A DNA stretch of 64,000 nucleotides from Bacteroidota bacterium (GCA_028288625.1 JAQBNI010000122.1:27508-91507), one strand, 5' to 3'; shown: positions 19,613-28,222, counted from the stretch's first letter. Numbers and translations are program-made. The notes: generated by a model not told the origin, from the letters alone.

Positions 19613-19786
19613 TTATTCATCCACTTTTTTAATGTCTGAGACATTTAATGTAACGATATTAAAATTATGGAAGTCACCATATCTACACGTTGCATACTCG
19701 CCCTTCAATTCCCACACTTGTAAAATACCGTATAATTTATCTAATTCTTTATCAATATGCCGTACTCTGTTATTTACATGTATCAT
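19613..19786 (-). CDS. Possible small ORF (57 aa) below the ORF-track cutoff
   Basis: My manual translation gives MIHVNNRVRHIDKELDKLYGILQVWELKGEYATCRYGDFHNFNIVTLNVSDIKKVDE*. It fills the gap between the 19817..20161 and 18330..19580 genes on the same strand. Confidence 0.3.
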   Translation of the reverse strand: MIHVNNRVRHIDKELDKLYGILQVWELKGEYATCRYGDFHNFNIVTLNVSDIKKVDE

Positions 19787-19816
19787 AATCAATATTTTTA
19801 GTAATAGTCATTTTGT

Positions 19817-20161
19817 TCAATCTGTAATTTTATCTAAGGCTACATTAATTATTTTCATCAAACTGGATGTATCGGAAATGTATTTTAGCTGCGCATCTAA
19901 TTCTATTAAATCAGAAGAAAATTTATTGTAAGGCTTTGTCTTGCTTAATTTAATTAATGCCTTTGATGTATAATCCTTGACTTTTTGAAATTGTTTATCA
20001 AAAGTTCCTAAATGCTTTGCAAATGTTTCTCCTCTCTCCATTGTCATAGCATTTTGCATGTAATCTAAACTCGCTCCATTCTTACTACCTCTTTCGCAAT
20101 TAAAAGCTCGTCGAATAAGTGCCTCGTATCTCATTGATTCAACATAATCATTTGCAGTCAT
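19817..20161 (-). CDS. Hypothetical protein
   Basis: 114-aa ORF, co-directional and the last clear gene of the 25853->19817 array. Confidence 0.55.
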   Translation of the reverse strand: MTANDYVESMRYEALIRRAFNCERGSKNGASLDYMQNAMTMERGETFAKHLGTFDKQFQKVKDYTSKALIKLSKTKPYNKFSSDLIELDAQLKYISDTSSLMKIINVALDKITD

Positions 20162-20217
20162 ATAATCTTTTTTCTAAGTTACAAAAAAAATAAAGAGTAG
20201 TTATAGGTTTTGAAAAC

Positions 20218-22026
20218 CTATGTTGCACTTGTTTCTTGCTTGTTAATAAAATCACTAACAAAAGAAATAATTTTAAGAAGATTGCTGTATGTTGATTTAA
20301 TTTTACTTAATTCATCTTTTATTTCTTGTTTTAATGATGGAAGATATTTCGGGTAATACATTAAGAATAGTTCATAATTTCTTAAGTTTTCCATTTCAGA
20401 AAATTTAAACTCAAAGCAATTAGTCAAAATTTCTAATTGTTTACTATCCAATAAAAATGTTTTAACTAAAGGAATTGTAAATTTCTCAAACTCTAATTCC
20501 TTATACATCATTTTGTAATTTACATTTACATCTTCAACAAATTGGCTTATATGTCGCGGGAGTTCGCGAATCAATTCCTTACATGTATATTCTATACTAC
20601 AATGTTCATTCAGAAATTCTTTTTCAAATTTGTCAACGTCAGACTTAATTATTTTTTTTTGGGATGGTTTTAATTGTTCTAAATGTTGGAAATAATCTAC
20701 AAAATCAGATATTGAAATGAAATTTTCAAAATTTCTTCGGGTATGTAATTTTTTAATTTTTACCAGTGGATTGTCTAAATCATAAAATATCTTTAACAAG
20801 TGTGTCAAATCCACAAGCAAATCATAAGACTTTAGTTTAAAATTATCATCGTAACCAGTATGTGCAAACTTATTTCTTTGAATAGGAATATAATATTGGT
20901 AATAATCAAAATAGTGACTACTCAGGTAATGATATTTACGAACGGAATCTACTTTTTGAGTTAATGATTTTTGGCTTAAATCTATTTCCGGATTAACTGC
21001 TAAGCACATTTCAGAAAATAACCCTTCTATCTGAGGTAATGCCAATGCGTAGAAACTTATCCATCGTTTGCCTTTAAATAATTTTATCAATTCATCATAA
21101 ATTAAACCCCTATTCTTAGTCAATGGTAATTGTGATGGGTAAAATTTTAAGTCTTGGAAATGTTGCAAGACAGGAATTATTTTAAAATACTCTCTATAGA
21201 ATTTTAACTTATCGGTTTGATAAAGTTTTTGCATAGCATTCGCTTCTGAAATATTTATTTCATCCACTCGATGCCGACTTAAATTTAATTGCCTATAATC
21301 AAAAAAGGATGTTGTGTATGGTCTTGCAAAAAAATAAGGTCTATCATTTAAACTTTCCGTTAGGACTTTAGTTATACCCATCCAAGCAGGACTTACTTTG
21401 CTTTTTTCCAAAGCACGGGACTTCAAATTATAAAGTTGGTAGTTTAATATCTCTACTCTTTCTACTAAACATCTATTGTAAAAATCTAATATCGCCCTTT
21501 CCTCATGCTGCCTAAGTATTTCACCCTTCTTAATATATTTAATTATACATGGCTGTTCTTCATACCATTGAATTAATTCTGATATCTTACGTAAATCCTT
21601 ATTAACATCTCCTAAAAGAAGTTGATACATCTCGGAAGGTAGTTTGTCAATATGAATAATAGCAGTACAAAATTTTTCGGTGTAAGTCTGTTTTCTTTTA
21701 ATTTTGGTTTTAGTATTTCCTGAAACTTGGAGATAGCTTACATTATCTAATTTCAATTTGAAATGTTTTATAACCGATTTGCAGCCATCTTCTATTGAAT
21801 CTTCGTTAAGTTTAATTGTTTTATTTATAGGTGCTATTTGCTTTAATGTACTAAACAGTAAAGTTTGCATACTTGTAAAATTAAATATATCTTCTCCAAA
21901 CTGAGATATAAGTAACTCCCCAAAACGTATAAGTTCTCCAACTGTCGTTTTAAATTTATTTAGTTGAATTAAAGGTTGTTTTATTTTGTTCTTTTTCATC
22001 AAGAATGTATTTATCAATTTCCCCAT
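20218..22026 (-). CDS. Large hypothetical protein with an RNxxxH (HEPN-like) motif
   Basis: 602 aa. IQRNKFAHTGYD matches the Rx4-6H HEPN signature, with the common Asn after Arg. No other assignable domain. Confidence 0.5.
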   Translation of the reverse strand: MGKLINTFLMKKNKIKQPLIQLNKFKTTVGELIRFGELLISQFGEDIFNFTSMQTLLFSTLKQIAPINKTIKLNEDSIEDGCKSVIKHFKLKLDNVSYLQVSGNTKTKIKRKQTYTEKFCTAIIHIDKLPSEMYQLLLGDVNKDLRKISELIQWYEEQPCIIKYIKKGEILRQHEERAILDFYNRCLVERVEILNYQLYNLKSRALEKSKVSPAWMGITKVLTESLNDRPYFFARPYTTSFFDYRQLNLSRHRVDEINISEANAMQKLYQTDKLKFYREYFKIIPVLQHFQDLKFYPSQLPLTKNRGLIYDELIKLFKGKRWISFYALALPQIEGLFSEMCLAVNPEIDLSQKSLTQKVDSVRKYHYLSSHYFDYYQYYIPIQRNKFAHTGYDDNFKLKSYDLLVDLTHLLKIFYDLDNPLVKIKKLHTRRNFENFISISDFVDYFQHLEQLKPSQKKIIKSDVDKFEKEFLNEHCSIEYTCKELIRELPRHISQFVEDVNVNYKMMYKELEFEKFTIPLVKTFLLDSKQLEILTNCFEFKFSEMENLRNYELFLMYYPKYLPSLKQEIKDELSKIKSTYSNLLKIISFVSDFINKQETSAT

Positions 22027-22061
22027 GCTTATCTCTAATCTTACTTAGTACATATTTTAAT

Positions 22062-22256
22062 TCAGAAATCCTCTATGTGTTTATTTACAGGCTTGCAACT
22101 AATCTGAAATGCACCTACATACCCATCATGCATACCAAATGCACGTGGTCTACCTTCTATTATTTTTCGATTTAAGGAAGCATCTTTGTATTCCCAGTCT
22201 AATGGGATATTCATCTGAAATTTACCGGTATCATCAGTATATATTTTAGTCTCCAT
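22062..22256 (-). CDS. Small hypothetical protein
   Basis: 64-aa ORF that overlaps the upstream gene end by 11 nt. Confidence 0.4.
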   Translation of the reverse strand: METKIYTDDTGKFQMNIPLDWEYKDASLNRKIIEGRPRAFGMHDGYVGAFQISCKPVNKHIEDF

Positions 22257-22929
22257 TAGATTGTAATTGACTTACTTTCCACAACGCATAGTTTAGTTTG
22301 TACAAATTTCTAAATGCTATTGTTGAATTTTCAAAAATAACTGCAAAATCAACTGAATGCTTCCATTGTACACGAAATGACCCTAAGTCAATATCATCGG
22401 GATATAGAAACTCAGACAAAAAATATTTTCGCATTATTTTAAAAATATTTCCTTTAAACAACCTGAAAAGTTGGGGATGTTTGATTCTTACTTCCTTTGA
22501 AAAATGTGAATGCTCAATAAACTCAAATTCGCCAAGCGAGCTCAATTCTAAAACTAATGACCAAAATTCATCTTTCATATTTTTCAAATAAGACGAATGA
22601 GTGACGTAAGTTTGTATATATACTCCTTTCTCATCTACTCCCATTTCATACTTTTGATTTGTCTTAATAGAATTAACCTCAGTATAAAGAGAGTAAACTC
22701 CAAACATAAACGTGGGCTCTTCCCATGTATCTTTATATTTCCCGTAATCGATGAAAGATTTAAGTATTTCTGCAAATGTATTTGCTGTACTTGTAACAAT
22801 TTTAAATTCCTCATCTTTGGTTAACTCTTCTGTAGAATATACAAAGTTGGTGAATTTGTTAATACAACTTATCCAAACATTAAATTTGTTGGAATATGTT
22901 TCAATATGTTCTTCCATGCTTCCATTCAT
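22246..22929 (-). CDS. Hypothetical protein
   Basis: 227-aa ORF in the co-directional array. Confidence 0.6.
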   Translation of the reverse strand: MNGSMEEHIETYSNKFNVWISCINKFTNFVYSTEELTKDEEFKIVTSTANTFAEILKSFIDYGKYKDTWEEPTFMFGVYSLYTEVNSIKTNQKYEMGVDEKGVYIQTYVTHSSYLKNMKDEFWSLVLELSSLGEFEFIEHSHFSKEVRIKHPQLFRLFKGNIFKIMRKYFLSEFLYPDDIDLGSFRVQWKHSVDFAVIFENSTIAFRNLYKLNYALWKVSQLQSNGD

Positions 22930-22956
22930 ACTATCAACAATATTTGTTTCTATTCA

Positions 22957-24141
22957 CTAAACTATTTCACACATCTTGTTAAGCCTTAAAACTAACATCT
23001 CCAATTCTTCTATTTCAAGGGGATTTAAGACATCATTATGCTCTATAAAATATTTTTCCTCACCGATTTTAATACAAGATATATTCGACTCATCATAACT
23101 GAAATTATAAGCCTGTTCACTATTAGAGAATCTATCAAAGTCACTACTACTCCAATTATGACTTTTTCTTTTAGATTGAATATTGCAGAAGTAATAGCGA
23201 AGTCCATGATTACAATATACCTTAACTATTTTTTCAGACAAAGACATTAAGGAGACGGCGGCAATTTCATCCTGACCTAATAAATGCATTTGTAAAATAA
23301 TCTTGTCGATTTTTGTTTTATCGATGAATTCATTTTTAACTACATCCAAGACAACTTCATTCATTTCTTCATTGTCTATAAAATAATCATAGTGGCTTTT
23401 ATACAATATGGTTCTCTTATAGGCATCGACATTTTCTTTGCCAATGTACTTTTCAATAAAGTCTATATAGTATCCTTCTGTTATAAATCGCCCAGTCCTT
23501 TTGTAGATTGCTTCATCGGCAAGTAATATCGGAAAGGGGTCTACTGCTATTCTAAAGACAGCAATGCTGCCAATAGTAATGTCCAAAAAGTATTTAAATT
23601 CACTTGTTATTGTTATTTTCCATTTAGCTAAATCATTAGGAGTAATTCTACTTCTCGACACATAGAATGTATCATAACCTTGCTTGTGTACATACTTATT
23701 TAATTTTTGTTTTGTCTCTTCAATGGATGTAAAATAAGCTGACATTTGTTCTTTTATGTCCGCAAAAACATTTTTTCTTTTTTCTAATTCTCCTATCATT
23801 TGATTATACATTGGAAACCTTTCCATTTTTTTCCACTTCGCAAATTCTTTTTGCCTATTGACTTCTTCATCGTCGGAAAAATATACGGTAGTAGTAGCAA
23901 TTTCCATGGCTTGTCGAAGAGAATAAAAGGAACAATCAATAAATCCTTTTTCAAAAAGCACTATTGCATTTATAATTAACTTATTTGCTTCTCTAAAAAA
24001 TTCATTAGAGAACATTACATCTGCTTTTCCAGTATAATTTTGTTGTAGGTTTATTAAGTCTAAATAATACCTTTCTTTCTCTTCAATTACTAATGGTATT
24101 ATGTACTCCGCTTCTTTATGTTTGGAAATATCAAAACTCAT
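22957..24141 (-). CDS. Hypothetical protein
   Basis: 394-aa ORF whose start overlaps the upstream stop (ATGA, 4 nt). The helical N-terminal region (ANKLIINAIVLFEKGF...SLRQAMEIATT...LNKYVH) only loosely recalls AbiV/HEPN-type helical bundles. Confidence 0.6.
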   Translation of the reverse strand: MSFDISKHKEAEYIIPLVIEEKERYYLDLINLQQNYTGKADVMFSNEFFREANKLIINAIVLFEKGFIDCSFYSLRQAMEIATTTVYFSDDEEVNRQKEFAKWKKMERFPMYNQMIGELEKRKNVFADIKEQMSAYFTSIEETKQKLNKYVHKQGYDTFYVSRSRITPNDLAKWKITITSEFKYFLDITIGSIAVFRIAVDPFPILLADEAIYKRTGRFITEGYYIDFIEKYIGKENVDAYKRTILYKSHYDYFIDNEEMNEVVLDVVKNEFIDKTKIDKIILQMHLLGQDEIAAVSLMSLSEKIVKVYCNHGLRYYFCNIQSKRKSHNWSSSDFDRFSNSEQAYNFSYDESNISCIKIGEEKYFIEHNDVLNPLEIEELEMLVLRLNKMCEIV

Positions 24142-24908
24142 AGCTTGACTTTGTCATTAAAAATTGAATCTTTAATTCGCGTTAATAATTGAGTAGGTTT
24201 AAATTCAGATTCTTTAAAATTTATTAAAACTCGTTCAAATGCAAGGAAAGTAATGAAGGATTGCAATACTGCTTTGTCTAACTCTGGACTATTGTAAAAG
24301 CTACTGCCTTCTAAATTGTTGACATTATAAACAGCTAAGAATATTAAGTAAGCTAAATAAATTACAAACTTTATATTTTTTTCCGAAATAAGATAATCTA
24401 TAATATCCTTGTACGTCTCGTTTTGAATTTTACTTGTTAAATACAAAATAACTTTGCTTAGTTGTTCGTGCAATACGATAGCAATAATACATCCGGAAGA
24501 TATTAGGATATAAGTGCTTGTAGCATTGGTTAATGTAAACCAATGAAAGAAATTATTTAATTTTAATAATGAAGCTGGTATAAGGATGCAACCAATAACG
24601 TAAAAAAATAAGTACATCTGTACCCCTAACAAAGGCAATAATATTTTTGAAATAACAAATAATATTAATGCAGGAAAACAAACAGTATAAAAAATAATCT
24701 TTGTTATGCGATTATCAAAATAATCATATAAATAATATAAGCCAATACATAAAACAAGCCAAATAAAAAAAATTAAGAATTTGTGATGAACGTTAGAAAT
24801 GAATTTTAATAAATAGTCAGATAAATACACTACACCAATTACAAATACATTAATTGCAATTAGAAGAAGGGTCGCTGTAAATTCCTTTTTTAAGTTTTTC
24901 ATTTTCAA
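24138..24908 (-). CDS. Polytopic membrane protein (about six hydrophobic segments)
   Basis: 256 aa dominated by long hydrophobic stretches (LLLIAINVFVIGVVYL, FLIFFIWLVLCIGLYYLY, MYLFFYVIGCILIPASLL and others). Confidence 0.7.
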   Translation of the reverse strand: MKMKNLKKEFTATLLLIAINVFVIGVVYLSDYLLKFISNVHHKFLIFFIWLVLCIGLYYLYDYFDNRITKIIFYTVCFPALILFVISKILLPLLGVQMYLFFYVIGCILIPASLLKLNNFFHWFTLTNATSTYILISSGCIIAIVLHEQLSKVILYLTSKIQNETYKDIIDYLISEKNIKFVIYLAYLIFLAVYNVNNLEGSSFYNSPELDKAVLQSFITFLAFERVLINFKESEFKPTQLLTRIKDSIFNDKVKL

Positions 24909-24922
24909 TTATTCTCACAATA

Positions 24923-25174
24923 TCATTCAATCTTAGTAGCATTTTTCAATTCACTTAAATCTATTAAAACACACAATTTTTTCATTTCATTATAATTACT
25001 CGCTTTTTGAAACTGTGCAAATACAACCAAATTTGCGGTTGGAACAAAATAATATGTATTCGAATTGCCTGGAAAAAAAGTACTTATAATACCATTTTCA
25101 GTCCTTCCGTTAGTAAACGTAAATGCACAATGTTTATTCATACATCCACTCTCGTAGTATTCAAAATCGTTCAT
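24923..25174 (-). CDS. Small hypothetical protein
   Basis: 83-aa ORF that overlaps the upstream gene end by 14 nt. Confidence 0.5.
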   Translation of the reverse strand: MNDFEYYESGCMNKHCAFTFTNGRTENGIISTFFPGNSNTYYFVPTANLVVFAQFQKASNYNEMKKLCVLIDLSELKNATKIE

Positions 25175-25853
25175 ATAATAATTTGTTTTTTAATTTTATA
25201 AAAGCAACTGCAACAAAAAAAAGTGCTGTTAAGGCAGCAATTGGATTCTCGATGAAAAAGTCAATTAATCCCAAAGGTGGTTTAGGTGTTTCTTTCTTAT
25301 CAGAGAGATTATTTGTGATGGGAAGATTTATGGTTTCCCAGAAAATCATCTCTCTCTTTGCTTTACGAAGTACAAGTCTTTTCAAATCTTTATAGGATAT
25401 ATTTATGGGCACATCAGATAAGTCAATCTTGATACTTTTATAATTTCCTTTTTTGTAAAAACTCTCTTTGTTAAAGTCAACCGGGTTGGTAACTTCAATT
25501 TCAACAAAAACTTTTTCGCCCTCAACATCAAAAGTTATGTCTGGAATTATTGTATGAAATTTTTGCTCTTTTGTTGGATTTTTATAACTTAATAATTTAC
25601 TGCCACTGTAAATTTCATTGCTTTCAAATATTATCTGTTTTGCGAGTTTATGAATTATTGTTTCTAATCCTCCAAAACATCCTGTTTCAATAACATGGCG
25701 AAAGTGCCATTCATTTATTTGTCCCTGTGCCGCCAGCACGTCTTTACCACATTCAGAACAAATACAATTACATCGTTTGCCGTTTTGAGCTTCACCGATA
25801 TGAATCAATCGTCCGGTTATTATATTGTTTGCATACTCAATTTGTGGTTTCAT
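25161..25853 (-). CDS. CoiA-like zinc-ribbon / PD-(D/E)xK putative nuclease with C-terminal transmembrane anchor
   Basis: CNCICSECGKDVLAAQGQINEWHFRH, then IIPDITFDVEGEKVFVEIEV, follows the CoiA-type layout of a Cys cluster, HF.H and PD...E.E. The C-terminal NPIAALTALFFVAVAFI is a hydrophobic helix. Confidence 0.55.
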   Translation of the reverse strand: MKPQIEYANNIITGRLIHIGEAQNGKRCNCICSECGKDVLAAQGQINEWHFRHVIETGCFGGLETIIHKLAKQIIFESNEIYSGSKLLSYKNPTKEQKFHTIIPDITFDVEGEKVFVEIEVTNPVDFNKESFYKKGNYKSIKIDLSDVPINISYKDLKRLVLRKAKREMIFWETINLPITNNLSDKKETPKPPLGLIDFFIENPIAALTALFFVAVAFIKLKNKLLYERF

Positions 25854-26156
25854 AAGTATAAATTCTAAGGAACGTTCCTAACGCACTTATATTAAATTAC
25901 TTCTAATATTGGATTACTCTAATTTACATAGAAAAGTGTCCATAATTATTTTATTTACACCTACATTTTTCAACATCCTTGATAATGTGCAAATCATCCA
26001 ACTATTTGATTATTGATAGTTTACGTTATTTTTTAATATGAGCCATTATCTATAATAGTAAACAATTCAATCACATGCAATTAATTTTATTATATTGTAT
26101 TGACTGTATAGTTCTATAAATAGTGTGTTTTTAAACTTCATAATTATTACAATTAG

Positions 26157-26981
26157 ATGAGGAAGCAGGATTATTATCAAATTAAAAATGAGTTTGAAAA
26201 GAACTATCCTGTCTTTATAGCATTCTGTTCGTCTTTATTAGCTTTCTTCTCTTTCTTTCTTCAATTTAAGGACATGTTTTCCGGCTGGAATATATTATTT
26301 GCAGCATGCATAGCTTTTGTACTTTCAGTCGCGATTTCGTGGTTTTTATCTAAAGCTCTTTATACGTTCATAAGAAAACAAAGTTTTAATAAAAACCGTA
26401 CCTCTTACGATATTATTGAAAGTTGCGATGTGTGCGAATTTTTAAATAATGATTTTACTTATGCTAAATATAAAAGAATTGAAAAGATTAAGATTAATGT
26501 AGATGTAACGACACAAATAACATATAAATTACCAAGTGTTACTGCGCCAGGCTCTATACAAAACATAAATTGCTATGTGAATAACAAGCGAGTTAGTTAT
26601 ACGTATCACAAGAGATATGGTGAGGATTTATATGGCTATTTTGTTAACCCCGAGGAATTTCAAGAAGGTTTAGATATTTCATGGGAATTCGACATTTTAA
26701 ATTCATTTACCGCTGAAGACAATATCAGGGTTCGCTCATTTCGTGCTTTAAAAAAATGTGTTATTAGAATCTTATTTAATAATTTTAATCAGTTGATAAT
26801 TGCAGAATCATACAAAATGTACGGTGATGATGATGAATCATTTACAAAAGGAGACGTTGATATGCAGTCTACAAATAAACAAATAATAATTGAAAAGGAT
26901 TTTTCCAAACAACTTGATGGAGGAAAATATCGATTTGGAATCCAATGGGAAAGCAATGAAGACAGAAGTATCATATCATAA
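26157..26981 (+). CDS. Two-TM N-terminal membrane protein with an uncharacterised soluble domain
   Basis: 274 aa with two hydrophobic helices in the first ~70 aa. It is divergent from the 25853 operon. Confidence 0.6.
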   Translation: MRKQDYYQIKNEFEKNYPVFIAFCSSLLAFFSFFLQFKDMFSGWNILFAACIAFVLSVAISWFLSKALYTFIRKQSFNKNRTSYDIIESCDVCEFLNNDFTYAKYKRIEKIKINVDVTTQITYKLPSVTAPGSIQNINCYVNNKRVSYTYHKRYGEDLYGYFVNPEEFQEGLDISWEFDILNSFTAEDNIRVRSFRALKKCVIRILFNNFNQLIIAESYKMYGDDDESFTKGDVDMQSTNKQIIIEKDFSKQLDGGKYRFGIQWESNEDRSIIS

Positions 26982-28032
26982 TAAAAAATTTGTTCTACAA
27001 CCAACGAGTATTTGTAATCTCAATTGCGAATATTGTTATCTTCCGGGCAGGGATATTCTAAAATATTTAAATCCGCAAGTCTGCACTGAATTAGCAAATT
27101 ATATTAATTCCACTAATGATTCCTATGAAATTATTTGGCACGGAGGTGAACCATTAGCTTGCGGACTTAAGAGGTTTTCTGAGTTATTTTTAACTTTCAA
27201 AAATTGTAAGTGCAAGCATACTATTCAAAGTAATGCAACATTAATTAATAATGAATGGTGTAACTTTTTCAAAAAAAATAATGTAAGTGTTGGAATTAGT
27301 ATTGATGGAAGTAAACTATATAATAAAAATAGAATTAATTGGAACGGTGCTGAGTCTTATGACTCAACTATGAAAGGAATAAAGACGTTGCTCAGCCATA
27401 ATATAAATTTTAGTGTAATATCTGTAATTTCTGAAAAACACTTAGACCATGCTAAGGAGTTATATGATTATTTTTTAAACTTAGGGTGTTGGTCATGGGG
27501 ACTTAATATAGAGGAATTTGAAGGTTCAAATACCCGCAGTAATCATTTTAATTCGCATAAGATTAAGAATTTCTGGAAGGAACTTTATTATTGTTGGCAA
27601 TCTAATCCCAAAATTAGAATTCGAGAATTTGATTATGCATTAACTTGGATGGATAGAGTTTGTAACCAACCTGAATTTGAAGTAATAAAAAGAGATTTTG
27701 AACTGTTTCCTTCTATTAGTTGCAATGGTGATATGGTTTTACTATCGCCCGAATTTTTAGACGTTAATATATTGGGACACAATTTTATTATAGGAAATGT
27801 ATTAGTTGAAAGTATTGAATCCTTATTAAAGAATTTAGAATCGTATACTTATATTCGAGAATTTACAAATGGTATTCTAAAATGTGCAGATGAATGCGAT
27901 TATTTTAGTTTTTGCGGAGGCGGATATGCGAGTAATAAATTCTTTGAAAACGGAAGTTTAAATACTACTATTACACAACATTGCCATAACTCAAAAAAAA
28001 CTTTAATAGATACTATAACTAAAATTATTTAA
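26890..28032 (+). CDS. Radical SAM / SPASM-domain maturase (anaerobic sulfatase-maturase-like)
   Basis: CNLNCEYCY (CxxxCxxC), HGGEPL, and a C-terminal Cys cluster CADECDYFSFCGG...QHC. The true start may be an internal Met (26917 or 26956), because the ORF overlaps the upstream gene. Confidence 0.85.
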   Translation: MKRIFPNNLMEENIDLESNGKAMKTEVSYHNKKFVLQPTSICNLNCEYCYLPGRDILKYLNPQVCTELANYINSTNDSYEIIWHGGEPLACGLKRFSELFLTFKNCKCKHTIQSNATLINNEWCNFFKKNNVSVGISIDGSKLYNKNRINWNGAESYDSTMKGIKTLLSHNINFSVISVISEKHLDHAKELYDYFLNLGCWSWGLNIEEFEGSNTRSNHFNSHKIKNFWKELYYCWQSNPKIRIREFDYALTWMDRVCNQPEFEVIKRDFELFPSISCNGDMVLLSPEFLDVNILGHNFIIGNVLVESIESLLKNLESYTYIREFTNGILKCADECDYFSFCGGGYASNKFFENGSLNTTITQHCHNSKKTLIDTITKII

Positions 28033-28033
28033 A

Positions 28034-28222
28034 ATGAATAAAGTAATTAATCAAGTTGTTAAAAACAAGGAGAAGATTTCTCAGTTAAAAAACAAAATTA
28101 ATAAAATCGATTCCTCAAATTTAAAGATGTCGTTCTTAAACACGAAACCGAAAATTATAATTGATAAGACTTTTTCTGATGCTTCAGAATTTTGGTCTTC
28201 TCACGACAATCACAGAGACTAA
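28034..28222 (+). CDS. Small Lys-rich peptide, candidate rSAM substrate (RiPP precursor?)
   Basis: 62-aa ORF that starts 1 nt after the rSAM stop codon. It has no Cys, and its C-terminus is EFWSSHDNHRD. Confidence 0.4.
   Translation: MNKVINQVVKNKEKISQLKNKINKIDSSNLKMSFLNTKPKIIIDKTFSDASEFWSSHDNHRD

Noticed and set aside
19632-19931. 99-aa plus-strand ORF in the island
   Set aside because: It is antisense to the 114-aa gene and to the candidate 57-aa ORF, which fit the co-directional operon. It is AT-rich shadow translation.
22957-24141. Firm HEPN/AbiV assignment for the 394-aa protein
   Set aside because: There is only a vague helical resemblance and an NKYVH segment without the Arg of Rx4-6H. 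That is insufficient without a profile or structure search, so it stays hypothetical.
26890-28032. Prokaryotic viperin (pVip) assignment for the radical SAM gene, because of its defence-island context
   Set aside because: The protein has a C-terminal SPASM-type auxiliary Cys cluster and anaerobic-sulfatase-maturase-like motifs. That points to peptide or protein maturation, not to viperin chemistry.
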